Shown here: positions 17,827 through 28,287 of the stretch, one piece after another
How the letters are laid out: every line of letters starts with the position of its first letter
Position numbering within the stretch: the first letter of the stretch is position 1
Origin: Patescibacteria group bacterium
GTDB taxonomy: Bacteria; Patescibacteriota; Minisyncoccia; UBA6257; Brennerbacteraceae
Direction of reading: 5' to 3'
Length of the DNA stretch: 64,000 bases
Assembly: GCA_040753135.1 (NCBI GenBank)
Contig: JBFMGR010000001.1
Span: 59,252 to 123,251, forward strand
Made by a program: the position numbers and the translations under genes
Notes under the pieces: generated by a model
The model's database searches: none
Seen by the model: the letters and a program-made list of their open reading frames with translations, nothing else
What the model was told of the DNA's origin: nothing

Positions 17827-18375
17827 ATGTCCAAAATCGGGAAAAAAATTATTATTCTGCCTGAAGGGGTTGAGCTTAACTGGGAAGACAATTCTGTTAC
17901 TGCTAAGGGGCCAAAAGGAAGTCTGACTAAAAAACTGGCTTTGTCCGGATTCAAATTATCATTGGCAAATAACCAGTTAGAGATTATTCCTCCGGAGAAT
18001 CTGAATAAAAAATATCGCTCTCTCTGGGGCACGATAAGGGCAGTGATTAATAATATGGTGGTTGGCGTCTCCCAGCCGTTTGGGAAGGTTCTGCTTTTTG
18101 AAGGAGTTGGTTATCGGGCGGAAGTCAATGGTAAAGAACTGGTTTTAAACTTGGGCTATTCTCACCCGGTTAAACTGCAAATTCCTGAAGGTATTGAGAT
18201 TGAGGCGGGCAAAGGAGAGATTAAAGTTTCCGGAATAGATAAAGAATTGGTCGGACTTTTCGCCGCCAAGATTAGAAAAACAAGAAAAGTTGAGCCCTAC
18301 AAAGGCACCGGGATACGTTATCAAGACGAGATAATTAAAAGAAAAGCGGGCAAGAAGATGGCCGGCGCCGCTTAG
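17827..18375 (+). CDS. rplF: 50S ribosomal protein L6.
   Basis: SKIGKKIIILPEGVE…; 182 aa. Confidence 0.9.
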   Translation: MSKIGKKIIILPEGVELNWEDNSVTAKGPKGSLTKKLALSGFKLSLANNQLEIIPPENLNKKYRSLWGTIRAVINNMVVGVSQPFGKVLLFEGVGYRAEVNGKELVLNLGYSHPVKLQIPEGIEIEAGKGEIKVSGIDKELVGLFAAKIRKTRKVEPYKGTGIRYQDEIIKRKAGKKMAGAA

Positions 18376-18387
18376 TCAATATCTATG

Positions 18388-18419
18388 CGAATAGCCTTAA
18401 CGAATAGGCGCACACGAAT
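18388..18419. repeat. Second copy of the 32-nt element cgaatagccttaacgaataggcgcacacgaat.
   Basis: Exact match to 12044–12075. Confidence 0.6.
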
Positions 18420-18425
18420 AAAACT

Positions 18426-18794
18426 ATGTTAGAATCTAAAGCAAAGATAAGAAAGCAAAAAAAAGAAAGACGGCATGAGCGAATTCGGGCAAGAGTTTTT
18501 GGCACTGCCAAGCGGCCCCGCTTGTCTGTTTTCCGTTCTAACAAGCATATTTTTGCCCAATTAATTGATGACGAGAAGCAGATTACTTTGGCGTCAGTTT
18601 CTGACCAGCATTTGACTAAAGCAAAGAAAAATGAATCCGGATTGGACCGGGCTTTCAGTGCCGGTAAACTTTTAGCGGAAAAAGCAAAAAGCCAGGGAAT
18701 TAAAACAGTTGTTTTTGACCGAGGCGGGTATCTTTACCATGGCCAGATCAAAAAATTGGCTGAAGGCGCTAGAGAAGGCGGATTGGCCTTTTAA
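18426..18794 (+). CDS. rplR: 50S ribosomal protein L18.
   Basis: RPRLSVFRSNKHIFAQLIDDEKQITLASVS. Confidence 0.9.
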   Translation: MLESKAKIRKQKKERRHERIRARVFGTAKRPRLSVFRSNKHIFAQLIDDEKQITLASVSDQHLTKAKKNESGLDRAFSAGKLLAEKAKSQGIKTVVFDRGGYLYHGQIKKLAEGAREGGLAF

Positions 18795-18829
18795 TTTAGG
18801 ATATAAACAATTAGCAAATTCACAGGTTT

Positions 18830-19291
18830 ATGGCGAGAGTGACAGTTTCAAAAAGAAAAGAAGACCAATGGCAGCAAAAACTGCTTGAGATTAATCGGGT
18901 GACCCGAGTTGTTGGCGGAGGCAAACGCTTGAGTTTTCGTGTGGTGATGGTGATTGGCGATTTTCAGAGCAAGGTTGGAGTTGGAGTGGCCAAGGCCGGC
19001 GATGTTTCTAAAGCAATAGAGAAATCTATCTTTCAAGCCCAGAAAAATATTATTGAGGTTCCTATTGTTGACGGGGCAATAAGCCGCGAAGTTGAAGCCA
19101 AACACTCAAGCGCCAGGATTTTAATTAAGCCGGGTAAAAAGGGACGAGGGTTAATTGCCGGCGGCCCGGCCCGGATTATACTTTCTTTTGCCGGAGTAAA
19201 AGACGCGGTGGCAAAAAATCTTGGCCGGACAACCAATAAGCTGACTAATGCGACCGCGGCAATTAAAGCTCTGAAGAAATTAAGCCAATAA
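18830..19291 (+). CDS. rpsE: 30S ribosomal protein S5.
   Basis: INRVTRVVGGGKRLSFRVVMVIGD…. Confidence 0.9.
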   Translation: MARVTVSKRKEDQWQQKLLEINRVTRVVGGGKRLSFRVVMVIGDFQSKVGVGVAKAGDVSKAIEKSIFQAQKNIIEVPIVDGAISREVEAKHSSARILIKPGKKGRGLIAGGPARIILSFAGVKDAVAKNLGRTTNKLTNATAAIKALKKLSQ

Positions 19292-19386
19292 AGAATAATT
19301 TTGAATATATAAATATACAGATTATTTATTGTTTACAAATTTCACCGGACGCATATTAAATATTTATTAACAGATTAGTAAAATTT

Positions 19387-19821
19387 ATGGTTTTAATTAA
19401 TGAAATCCAGCCGAAAAATAAGCTGAAAAAGAAAAAAAGAATCGGCCGCGGCGGCAAGCGAGGAACTTATTCAGGCAAAGGGATGAAAGGACAGAAAGCT
19501 CGGGCTGGGGCAAAGATAAAATCTGAAAAAAAAGAAGCGATTTTAAGGATTCCGAAAAAACGGGGAATTAGGTTTGTCAATCGTCCGTCTAAAACCAGAG
19601 CCGCGGAATTCGGAGTTAATCTTAGCGAGATAAACAAAACGTTTAATCAAGGCGAGATTGTTAATTTAAAGACCCTGGTTCAGCGCGGCTTGGTGAAAAA
19701 ACAAACTCGGGTTAAGATTTTAGCCAAGGGCGGATTAAATAAAAAATTAAGTTTCTCGGGCTTGTTTTATTCAAAAACTGCCAAGCAATTAATTGAAAAA
19801 GCAGGCGGAACTGCTGATTAG
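19387..19821 (+). CDS. rplO: 50S ribosomal protein L15. No L30 gene lies between rpsE and rplO.
   Basis: KKRIGRGGKRGTYSGKGMKGQKAR…. Confidence 0.9.
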   Translation: MVLINEIQPKNKLKKKKRIGRGGKRGTYSGKGMKGQKARAGAKIKSEKKEAILRIPKKRGIRFVNRPSKTRAAEFGVNLSEINKTFNQGEIVNLKTLVQRGLVKKQTRVKILAKGGLNKKLSFSGLFYSKTAKQLIEKAGGTAD

Positions 19822-19823
19822 AT

Positions 19824-21095
19824 ATGTTTAAAGCTATTCTCTCGCTTTTTAAAGCCAAAGATTTAAGGAAGAAAATTCTGATTGTTACCGGACTTTTATT
19901 GGTAACCCGATTTTTTGCTGCGGTGCCGGTTCCGGGCGCAGACACGGAAAGGTTAAAAGCTTTTTTCTTGCAGAACCAATATCTTGGTTTGGTGAATATT
20001 TTTTCCGGCGGCGCTTTGGCTAATTTTTCCGTGGCAATGCTCGGAATCGGCCCGTATATTACTGCCTCAATTATTTTTCAGCTTCTGACGATGATCTTCC
20101 CGTCTTTGAAAGAAATGTATTATGAGCAAGGCGAAGCCGGCCGGGCAAAGTTTGTCCGCTATACCAGATTCTTGACCGTAGTTTTGGCTTTTATCCAGGG
20201 GTTTGCTTTTTTGAGCTATTTAAAAAACCAGGGAGTGATTTTAGAGCTTTCCGGATTTGAGCTTTTCCGCAACCTAAGCTTGATTACTGCCGGTTCGGTT
20301 ATTTTTATGTGGTTAGGCGAGCTGATTTCAGAACAGAAAATCGGCAATGGCAGTTCTTTGATTATTTTTGCCGGTATTGTCACCGATCTGCCGAATGCGA
20401 TTAGAACAAATATTATCACTTTTGATTATTCCCAGATTCCATCTTATCTGATTTTCCTTGTTCTTGGTTTGGTGACGATTGGCAGTGTGGTTTTAATTAA
20501 TGAGGCGGAAAGGAGGGTGCCGATTAGTTATGCCAAAAGGGTTCGGGGAATGAAGGTTTACGGCGGAGCTAACACTTATCTGCCGCTGAAGATTAACCAG
20601 GCCGGCGTGATTCCGATTATCTTTGCCATCTCAATTTTGCTTTTTCCGGGTTTATTAGCTCAGATTTTGAGCTTGAGCAAAAACGAAACTTTATTGAAAT
20701 TAGCTTTGAATCTGCAGTCATTTTTCAATAACCAGTTGATTTATGGATTTTCTTATTTTATTCTGGTTTTTGCTTTTACTTATTTTTATACTTTAATTAC
20801 TTTTGATCCGAACGAGATTTCAAAAAATCTTCAGCACCAAGGCGGATTTATCCCCGGAATCAGGCCGGGCCAAAACACGGCCGAGTTTTTAGGCAGAATT
20901 TTATACCGGATTACCTTTTTAGGAGCAATCTTTCTGGGGATTATTGCGATTCTGCCTTTGGCGGTTCAATCAATGACCGGCATCAGCACTTTAACCTTAG
21001 GAGGGACCTCGCTTTTAATTGTTGTTTCAGTGGCCTTAGAAACTGTTCGCCAGTTGCGGGCTCAGCTGTTAATGCGCGAATACGAAGCGTTTTAA
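19824..21095 (+). CDS. secY: Preprotein translocase subunit SecY.
   Basis: 423 aa, 10 transmembrane segments, operon position after rplO. Confidence 0.9.
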   Translation: MFKAILSLFKAKDLRKKILIVTGLLLVTRFFAAVPVPGADTERLKAFFLQNQYLGLVNIFSGGALANFSVAMLGIGPYITASIIFQLLTMIFPSLKEMYYEQGEAGRAKFVRYTRFLTVVLAFIQGFAFLSYLKNQGVILELSGFELFRNLSLITAGSVIFMWLGELISEQKIGNGSSLIIFAGIVTDLPNAIRTNIITFDYSQIPSYLIFLVLGLVTIGSVVLINEAERRVPISYAKRVRGMKVYGGANTYLPLKINQAGVIPIIFAISILLFPGLLAQILSLSKNETLLKLALNLQSFFNNQLIYGFSYFILVFAFTYFYTLITFDPNEISKNLQHQGGFIPGIRPGQNTAEFLGRILYRITFLGAIFLGIIAILPLAVQSMTGISTLTLGGTSLLIVVSVALETVRQLRAQLLMREYEAF

Positions 21096-21194
21096 ATTGC
21101 TGTTTTTAAAGATTTAAAATTTAAATAATCTCGCACTTAACCGTGCGGGTTTGTTTTTAATACATAAAACTTGTTATAATTTCAATTATTAACA

Positions 21195-21869
21195 TTGTTA
21201 TGTATGGCTAAATTTAGAATTTTTTGCGTTATCGGCAAGTCTGGGTCTGGCAAAGGCACCCAAATAGAGCTTTTAAAAAACAAGCTTAAGCCGGTTAAGC
21301 ATATTTATTCTGGTGATATGCTGCGGGCTTTTATTAAGCAAGATTCGGCTTTGGCAAAAAAAGTTAGTGCTAAGATAAATAAAGGTTATTTGGCGCCGGA
21401 TTGGCTGACTGATTATCTCTGGCAAACCGAGCTGTTAAATCTTCCGGCTTCAACTCCAAATATTATTTTTGAAGGCACGCCAAGAACTATTGCCCAAGCT
21501 TTGGTGATGGATGAGGTTTGCCAATGGATGTTTGGGATAAAGCCAATCGCAATTCATCTGGATATTTCTGACCAAGAAGCAAAAAAAAGATTGTTAAAAA
21601 GATTGGTCTGCAAAAAATGCGGCCAGCCAGTGCCGTATAAACTGTTGGATCAAAATCCTAAAATCTGTCCGGTTTGCGGCGGCCCAATTATAAAACGAAA
21701 AGATGACAATAATAAAGCAATTTTAAACCGGCTGAAGTTTTTTAAAAAAGAGGTTTTGCCGACAATTGATTATTATAAAACTAAAAAACGGTTGATCTAT
21801 GTTAACGGTAAGCAAGACGTGCCTGAGGTTTTTAAAGAACTGTGGAGTAAACTAAAGAAAATAATATAA
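21195..21869 (+). CDS. adk: Adenylate kinase (zinc-lid type).
   Basis: P-loop GKSGSGKGTQ; lid CKKCG…CPVCGG. Confidence 0.85.
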   Translation: MLCMAKFRIFCVIGKSGSGKGTQIELLKNKLKPVKHIYSGDMLRAFIKQDSALAKKVSAKINKGYLAPDWLTDYLWQTELLNLPASTPNIIFEGTPRTIAQALVMDEVCQWMFGIKPIAIHLDISDQEAKKRLLKRLVCKKCGQPVPYKLLDQNPKICPVCGGPIIKRKDDNNKAILNRLKFFKKEVLPTIDYYKTKKRLIYVNGKQDVPEVFKELWSKLKKII

Positions 21870-22054
21870 AATGATGCTAATCTGCAAATCTTATGCTAAT
21901 CTACGAATTGCGAATAACAATTTATTATACTAATCTACAAATTTTATCCGAATCTACAAATTTGCGAATAACAGAGATTATAAAATTAAATCTATAAACA
22001 ATTTATTCGCATATTAGCTGATTAGCATTAGATTCGTATATTATTGGTATCATA

Positions 22055-22831
22055 ATGATTACGATTAAATCTGATAAGGAAATTAAGCTGCTGCAAGCAG
22101 CTGGCAGGCGCTTGGCTTTAGTTTTGAGTGAATTGAAAAAGCTTTGCTATCCAGGCATCTCTGCGGCCGAATTAGACCGCCGGGCTGGTTATTTGATGAA
22201 AAAATATCATAGCCGGCCTTCGTTTTTTAAATACCGGCCGGCGCCGCATTTAAAACCCTATCCGGCTAATATCTGTGTTTCGGTTAATGAAACAATTGTC
22301 CACGGGATTCCTAAAGAAAAGATAGTTTTTAAAGAAGGAGATTTGGTTACAGTTGACGCTGGTTTGATTTATGCTGAGATGTATGTTGATTCAGCTTTTA
22401 CGGTTGGGATCGGTAAGATTCCTGCTAAAACAAAGAAACTAATCAAAGCAACAGAAAAAGCTTTGGAAGCAGGAATCAAACAATGCTTGGTTGGTAAAAC
22501 CATTGGCGATATTGGTTTTGCTATTGAAACAACCATAAAAAAGTCCGGTTTTTCGGTGGTTAAAGATCTGGTTGGCCATGGAGTTGGCTATGCGGTCCAT
22601 GAAGAGCCGGCAGTGCCCAATTTTGGCAAAAAAAACCAAGGAGTAAAGCTTGAACCCGGCATGATTTTAGCTTTGGAGCCAATGGCCTGCTTCGGTTCTG
22701 GCGAGATTTTAGAGTTAGAAGACGGCAGTTTTATTACTTTGGATAACTCTTTGTCCGCTCAGTCTGAACATACAGTAGTAATCACTCAAGATAAACCATT
22801 AGTGGTAACAGAATTGAAAAGTATCAAGTAG
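22055..22831 (+). CDS. map: Methionine aminopeptidase, type I.
   Basis: VHGIP…DLVTVD…GHGVG…EP…E metal-ligand pattern. Confidence 0.85.
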   Translation: MITIKSDKEIKLLQAAGRRLALVLSELKKLCYPGISAAELDRRAGYLMKKYHSRPSFFKYRPAPHLKPYPANICVSVNETIVHGIPKEKIVFKEGDLVTVDAGLIYAEMYVDSAFTVGIGKIPAKTKKLIKATEKALEAGIKQCLVGKTIGDIGFAIETTIKKSGFSVVKDLVGHGVGYAVHEEPAVPNFGKKNQGVKLEPGMILALEPMACFGSGEILELEDGSFITLDNSLSAQSEHTVVITQDKPLVVTELKSIK

Positions 22832-22853
22832 AAAGTATTAAGTATTAAACGGA

Positions 22854-23252
22854 ATGATTATTTTAGCAATTGATTTTGGAGAAAAGCGCTTTGGTTTAGC
22901 ATCAGCGGACTCAAAAACAGAGGTAGCGTTGCTGCTTGGAGAGATTAGCTTTTCTTCTTTAACTGAAGCAAAAAAAGAGTTGAGCAAGATTATTAAAGAA
23001 AAAGGCGCCTCAACTTTGGTTTTTGGTTTGCCCTTGAGTTTTAAATTTGAAGAAACTCCAATCTGCGGCAAAATTAGGCGCTTTGCTCTGGAAGCAGAAA
23101 AAGAATTCGGAGTTAAAATTGCTTTTGTCAACGAGGTTTTAACTACCGAGATGGCGAAAAAACTTAATCAATCAACTAAAAACAAAGATTCAACTAGTGC
23201 GATGATTATTTTACAGGATTATTTAACTCGTTTAAAAGAACATGGGAGATAA
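22854..23252 (+). CDS. ruvX: Putative pre-16S rRNA nuclease / Holliday junction resolvase-like YqgF (RuvX).
   Basis: MIILAIDFGEKRFGLA is an N-terminal RNase-H-like motif. Confidence 0.7.
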   Translation: MIILAIDFGEKRFGLASADSKTEVALLLGEISFSSLTEAKKELSKIIKEKGASTLVFGLPLSFKFEETPICGKIRRFALEAEKEFGVKIAFVNEVLTTEMAKKLNQSTKNKDSTSAMIILQDYLTRLKEHGR

Positions 23253-23958
23253 AGTCTTTGTTTCAGTAGTAATCCCAGCTTATAATGAACAGTTCAATAT
23301 TATTGAAACTTTAAACTCGGTTTTTTCTTATCTTAAGAAACAAAGTTATGATTTTGAGGTAATTGTAGTTAATGACGGTTCAACCGACAAAACCAAAGAT
23401 TTGATTCTGGAATACCAAAAGTCTTTTTCTAATCTAATTTTTATTGATAATGAAATTAACCGAGGCAAGGGCTTTGTCGTTAAACAAGGGATGTTGCGGG
23501 CTAAAGGAGAGCTGGGTTTATTTATGGACGCAGATAACTCAACCAAGATTCAAGAAATTGAAAAAGCCCTGCCTTTATTTAAACAGAGCGCTGATTTAGT
23601 GATTGGCTCGCGGCGGCTAAAAGAGTCCAGGATTGTTGAGTCCCAACCGGCTCATCGCCAGTTTTTAGGCGAGGTATTTAGATTAACTACCAAGTTTTTA
23701 TTTGGTTTGCCTTATGATGATACTCAAGCCGGCTTCAAGGTTTTTAATCGCAAAGCCAGGCAGGTCTTTGCCCGGCAAAGAATTTCTGGCTGGAGCTTTG
23801 ATGTTGAGCTTTTGGTGCGGGCAAAAAAACTTGGCTTAAACATTGTTGAGATTCCGATTGAATGGGAAAACCGCAAGCAGTCAAAAGTCAGGTTAAAAGG
23901 AATGATAAAAGCGTTGTTTGAGTTTGTTAGAATTTATTTTGGTAAATTTGGGGATTAG
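23242..23958 (+). CDS. Family 2 glycosyltransferase (dolichyl-phosphate mannosyltransferase-like).
   Basis: VVIPAYNE…VIVVNDGSTD…DAD motifs. Confidence 0.7.
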   Translation: MGDKVFVSVVIPAYNEQFNIIETLNSVFSYLKKQSYDFEVIVVNDGSTDKTKDLILEYQKSFSNLIFIDNEINRGKGFVVKQGMLRAKGELGLFMDADNSTKIQEIEKALPLFKQSADLVIGSRRLKESRIVESQPAHRQFLGEVFRLTTKFLFGLPYDDTQAGFKVFNRKARQVFARQRISGWSFDVELLVRAKKLGLNIVEIPIEWENRKQSKVRLKGMIKALFEFVRIYFGKFGD

Positions 23959-24013
23959 GACAACTCTTAAAAATCAATCAGATAAATTTGCTATACTAAA
24001 AATATTAAAGAAC

Positions 24014-24781
24014 ATGCTTTTGGTTTTTAATTGGAAACTTAATCCCCAGAACTTTAACCAGGCGGTAAAACTGTTTGAGGCAATGAAAACGGGCTCAAAA
24101 AAAGCCAAAAACTCTGTTATTGTTATTTGCCCGCCATTTGAGCATTTGTTTAGAATCTTAAATCTTGGGGCTAAAGTCAGCAATCTTTATTTCGGCGCCC
24201 AAGATTGTTTTTGGGAGAATTCCGGCTCTTATACTGGCGAGATTTCGCCTCTGGGCTTAAAAACCGCTGGGGTTGATTATGTTATTTTGGGGCACTCGGA
24301 AAGAAGGCAATACTTGGATGAAACTAATGAGATGATTAATAAAAAACTCATCTCGGCCTTAAGTTTTGGTTTAAAACCAATGCTCTGCCTTGGTGAAGAT
24401 GAAAAGACCCATTTTCAAGGAGAAAAAGCAGTTAATTCTTTTTTGAAGAGTCAGTTAGTTCAAAGTCTGCTGGGCGCGGAAAGGCTGTCTTTGTCCCAGA
24501 AAAGCAATTTGATTCTTGTTTATGAGCCAATCTGGGCAATCAGCGATAATTCCGGCAATCTGGCTGACAATCCGGCTGATGCTGCCGCGGCGATTAAATA
24601 TTTGAAAGAAATATTGGTTGCTGATTATCAATTGCCGATTCCGAAGGTGCTTTACGGCGGTTCGGTCAATAGTAAAAATATCGCTGATTTTTTGAAGTAC
24701 CCGGAGGTTGACGGTTTTTTGATTGGCCGAGCCTCTTTGAACCAGCAGCAAGCAAAGGAAATTATGGCAATTGCCGGTTGA
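24014..24781 (+). CDS. tpiA: Triosephosphate isomerase (start taken at MLLVFNWKLN).
   Basis: NWKLN, GHSERR, YGGSVN motifs. Confidence 0.85.
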   Translation: MLLVFNWKLNPQNFNQAVKLFEAMKTGSKKAKNSVIVICPPFEHLFRILNLGAKVSNLYFGAQDCFWENSGSYTGEISPLGLKTAGVDYVILGHSERRQYLDETNEMINKKLISALSFGLKPMLCLGEDEKTHFQGEKAVNSFLKSQLVQSLLGAERLSLSQKSNLILVYEPIWAISDNSGNLADNPADAAAAIKYLKEILVADYQLPIPKVLYGGSVNSKNIADFLKYPEVDGFLIGRASLNQQQAKEIMAIAG

Positions 24782-24822
24782 ACGTGCTATCTTTTATAGA
24801 GAATTAATTTAAAAAAGTTTCT

Positions 24823-25593
24823 ATGATAGAAAGCCGTTTTAAAAACATTTTGTTCATTGCTTTGTCGTTGTTTTTATTTACCCTGATGGCTTTGGGAACC
24901 GCTTTCTTTTTCCATTTAATTAATTATTCTTTTTCCGGCGCGCCGGCAGTAATCAATGTTTCTGGGCAAGGCAAAGTGATTTATCAGCCGGATTTGGCGG
25001 AAATAAATATCTCGGTGATTACTAAAGGCGGGGCGCCGGATCAAGTTCAGCGGGAAAATGACGGAAAAGTCCGGGCGATAGTTGATTATCTAAAAGAAAA
25101 AGGCGTTAAGGAAGAAGATATTAAAACCAGGTATTATAATCTTTATCCTGAATATGAGCAGCTGACTCCGGACAGCCCCTATGGCGGGGTTAACCCCTTG
25201 GAGATTATTGGCTATTCTTTAAATCAAGGGCTGGGCTTTAAAGTTAGAGAGATTGGTTTGGCAGGCGAGATCTTGGCCGGCCTGACTGACAAAGGGGCTA
25301 ATAACATTGAGAATATCTCTTTTGGTTTGAGCGATGAAAAGACTGAAGAATTAAGATCACAAGCTAAACAGCAAGCAATTGAAAAAGCCCAAGCAGAGTT
25401 TCAAAAAATGAAATCTCAATTTGGCTTTAAAAAGTTTCGCTTAACCGGCATTAATGATTTATCTTCTTATCCCGGGGCTTATTTAGAGAAATCCGCTTTG
25501 GGTCTGGGCGGGGATTCCCTGCCGGCTTCACCGATTCAACCCGGTACCGGCGAGGTCATTGTTAATGTAAACCTGACCTATAAAGTTAAGTGA
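24823..25593 (+). CDS. SIMPL-domain (DUF541) secreted or membrane-anchored protein.
   Basis: N-terminal transmembrane segment; INVSGQGKV…PDLAEINISV pattern. Confidence 0.5.
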   Translation: MIESRFKNILFIALSLFLFTLMALGTAFFFHLINYSFSGAPAVINVSGQGKVIYQPDLAEINISVITKGGAPDQVQRENDGKVRAIVDYLKEKGVKEEDIKTRYYNLYPEYEQLTPDSPYGGVNPLEIIGYSLNQGLGFKVREIGLAGEILAGLTDKGANNIENISFGLSDEKTEELRSQAKQQAIEKAQAEFQKMKSQFGFKKFRLTGINDLSSYPGAYLEKSALGLGGDSLPASPIQPGTGEVIVNVNLTYKVK

Positions 25594-26771
25594 GGAGATT
25601 GCCTAAAAAAACTTATTTTAAAAATAAGCGAGTTTTAATTCGGGCTGATTTTAACGTCGAGATTGAAAGCAATCGGGTGGTTGATGATTTCAAGATTGTC
25701 CGGGCTTTGAAAACAATCAAATATGTTAATTCTCAATCTCGGTATGTTTTGTTGGTCAGTCACTTGGGCAATCCTAAAGAAGGCGGCCGACTCGACTCTT
25801 TAGCGCCGGTAGCAAAGTATTTGTCAAAACTTTTGAATAAAAAAGTTTATTTTGTTTTTGACCGGCTTGAGCAGTTGGAACAAAGTTTGTCCGGCTTGCC
25901 CAAGGGGTCAGTGGTTTTATTGGAAAATATCCGATTTTATTCTGGCGAATATTCAGAATCCGGTTATGTTAATTCAGTTTCTTTTTCTAAAAAATTAGCT
26001 AGTTTGGCTGATTGTTATATTAACGAGGCATTTGGCGAGTCGCACCGAAAAGTTTCTTCTCTTGTTGGGATTACCAAATATCTGCCCAGTTTTGCCGGAT
26101 TTAATTTAGTTGAAGAGATAAAAAATCTGGACCGGATAAAAAAAGGCTTTAAAAAACCTTTGGTAATTATTTTAGGCGGCTCAAAGCTGAAAACAAAACT
26201 GCCATTGATAAAAAGTTTTATTAAGCAAGCTGACCAGATTCTTCTTGGCGGCGCCTTGGCAAATACCTTTCTAAGATCTTTGGGATTAGAAATTGGCCGG
26301 TCTGTTTTTGAAAAAGATTTTTTAAAACAGGCAAGCCGGTTAGCTGAATTAAAGCAGGTTTATCTGCCGATTGATTTTGCCATTGCTAAATCTAAGAACA
26401 GCAAAAAATTTCGCCTTACTGATAATCAATTACCGGCCACTGATTATCTTTTAGATCTCGGACCAGAAACAATCCGGCAATATCAAAAAATAATTAAAAG
26501 CGCCGGCATGATTCTTTGGAACGGACCAATGGGCTATTATGAGAACCCGGTTTTTTCTTTGGGGACAAAAGAGATAGCCAAAGCGATTTTTGCTAACAAA
26601 AAAGCTTTTAAGGTGATTGGCGGTGGTGATACTGCCGCTTTCTTAAGAAAAGCGGAATTTCCAATTTCTAATTCTCAATTCCTAAATACTTTTATTAGTA
26701 CTGGCGGGGGAGCGATGCTGGAGTATTTAGCCGGAAAGAAATTGCCTGGAATTGAAACGTTGAATTATTAA
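25590..26771 (+). CDS. pgk: Phosphoglycerate kinase.
   Basis: RADFNV…; GGGAML… C-terminal motif; 393 aa. Confidence 0.85.
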   Translation: MRRLPKKTYFKNKRVLIRADFNVEIESNRVVDDFKIVRALKTIKYVNSQSRYVLLVSHLGNPKEGGRLDSLAPVAKYLSKLLNKKVYFVFDRLEQLEQSLSGLPKGSVVLLENIRFYSGEYSESGYVNSVSFSKKLASLADCYINEAFGESHRKVSSLVGITKYLPSFAGFNLVEEIKNLDRIKKGFKKPLVIILGGSKLKTKLPLIKSFIKQADQILLGGALANTFLRSLGLEIGRSVFEKDFLKQASRLAELKQVYLPIDFAIAKSKNSKKFRLTDNQLPATDYLLDLGPETIRQYQKIIKSAGMILWNGPMGYYENPVFSLGTKEIAKAIFANKKAFKVIGGGDTAAFLRKAEFPISNSQFLNTFISTGGGAMLEYLAGKKLPGIETLNY

Positions 26772-26826
26772 TTTTTTATTTGGTTTTTTACCGCAAATAA
26801 AATTCATAATTCTTTATTTATAATTC

Positions 26827-27291
26827 ATGGGTCAAATAATTATTTATACAGACGGCGGGTCGCGGAATAACCCGGGGCCGGCAGGAATTGGCGTGGTAGC
26901 GGATTTGAGCGGGTTAACCGCGAACCTGCGCGGCAATAAAAACAAAGAATACCAGTGGAGCCAATATATTGGTAAAGCGACAAATAATCAGGCTGAATAC
27001 CAAGCGATTATCTTTGCTTTGAAGAAAACTAAGGCTTTGCTCGGCAAAACCAAAGCAAAAAAAGTCAAAATTTTACTGAAAACAGACAGCCAATTAATTG
27101 CCAGCCAGCTGGAAGGAAAATACAAATTAAAAGAAAAAGAGTTTTTCCCGTATTTTATTGAGATCTGGAACCTGAAACAAGATTTTGGCGAAGTGAAATT
27201 CGAAGCTGTGCCGCGGGAGAAAAACAAATTAGCCGATAAATTGGTTAATTTAGCTTTGGATAAAGAACTGAATCAGGAAAAATTGTTTTGA
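26827..27291 (+). CDS. rnhA: Ribonuclease HI.
   Basis: IYTDGGSRNNPGPAGIGVV…TNNQAEYQAI. Confidence 0.8.
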   Translation: MGQIIIYTDGGSRNNPGPAGIGVVADLSGLTANLRGNKNKEYQWSQYIGKATNNQAEYQAIIFALKKTKALLGKTKAKKVKILLKTDSQLIASQLEGKYKLKEKEFFPYFIEIWNLKQDFGEVKFEAVPREKNKLADKLVNLALDKELNQEKLF

Positions 27292-27455
27292 TCATTTTAT
27301 GCAAGATGGCCTTGCCGCGTCATCAGACACGGTTTTGCTATTGTTACCCGGCTCGCTTCGTCAGAGCATGCGATACGACTTTGACTTTTTGGAATTTTTG
27401 GCTTATACTTAGTCCTAATCCCGCTTAGCGGGATTTATAACTGATTTTTAAATTA

Positions 27456-28220
27456 ATGGAAAGAAACGATTTAATCAAAGAATTTGTTGCCAGGGGCCTG
27501 CATCTGGGCGGCCGGCGGTCTTTTATTCATCCAAAGATGAAAAAGTTCGTTTTTACTTTTAAAAATGATTTAGCTTTAATAGATTTAGAAAAAGCAGCTG
27601 AACTTTGGGAAAAGACTTTTGAAGAGTTAAAAAATCTAATTTTGCAAGGCAAAACGATTCTTTTTGTCGGCACTCAGCCGGCGGCTGGGCCGGTTTTGAA
27701 AAAATACGGAGAAGAGCTGAATCTGCCTTATATTACCGGCCGCTGGCTGGGCGGAACAATTACTAATTTTCAAACTCTTAAAAAAAGACTGGATTATTTG
27801 GCAGAGCTTGAAGCAAAATTAAACTCCCAGGAGGTTGATACTTATACAAAAAAAGAGCGGGGTTTAATGAAAAAAGAAAGTGAAGAGATAAGGGGAAAGT
27901 TTGAGGGATTGGTTAAGCTCAAGTTTCTTCCTGACGCCCTATTTGTTTTTTGCGGCAAAAAGCATCGGACTGCCTTAAAAGAAGCCCAAAGAAAAGGGGT
28001 GAAAATTTTTGGGCTTTTGGGTTTAGAAGATGACCCGGATCAGGCGAATCAATTTATCCCTTTAAATGATAACACTAGGATCGGGATTGAGTTTGTGATG
28101 GAGCAGATAAAGCAAATTTACCAGGAACAGCAAAAGGCAGCTAAAAAATCTTCTGAAGAGCCAAAGGAGAAAACAATTGAAACTGACGCGGGGGAAAAAC
28201 CAACAAAAACCGCAGAATGA
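27456..28220 (+). CDS. rpsB: 30S ribosomal protein S2.
   Basis: 254 aa, followed by tsf; GRWLGGTITNF motif. Confidence 0.85.
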   Translation: MERNDLIKEFVARGLHLGGRRSFIHPKMKKFVFTFKNDLALIDLEKAAELWEKTFEELKNLILQGKTILFVGTQPAAGPVLKKYGEELNLPYITGRWLGGTITNFQTLKKRLDYLAELEAKLNSQEVDTYTKKERGLMKKESEEIRGKFEGLVKLKFLPDALFVFCGKKHRTALKEAQRKGVKIFGLLGLEDDPDQANQFIPLNDNTRIGIEFVMEQIKQIYQEQQKAAKKSSEEPKEKTIETDAGEKPTKTAE

Positions 28221-28287
28221 ATTTGTCAAGAGTTCGCAATTTAACAATTAGGAATTAGAAATTGGAAATTAGGAATTATTTATTGGC

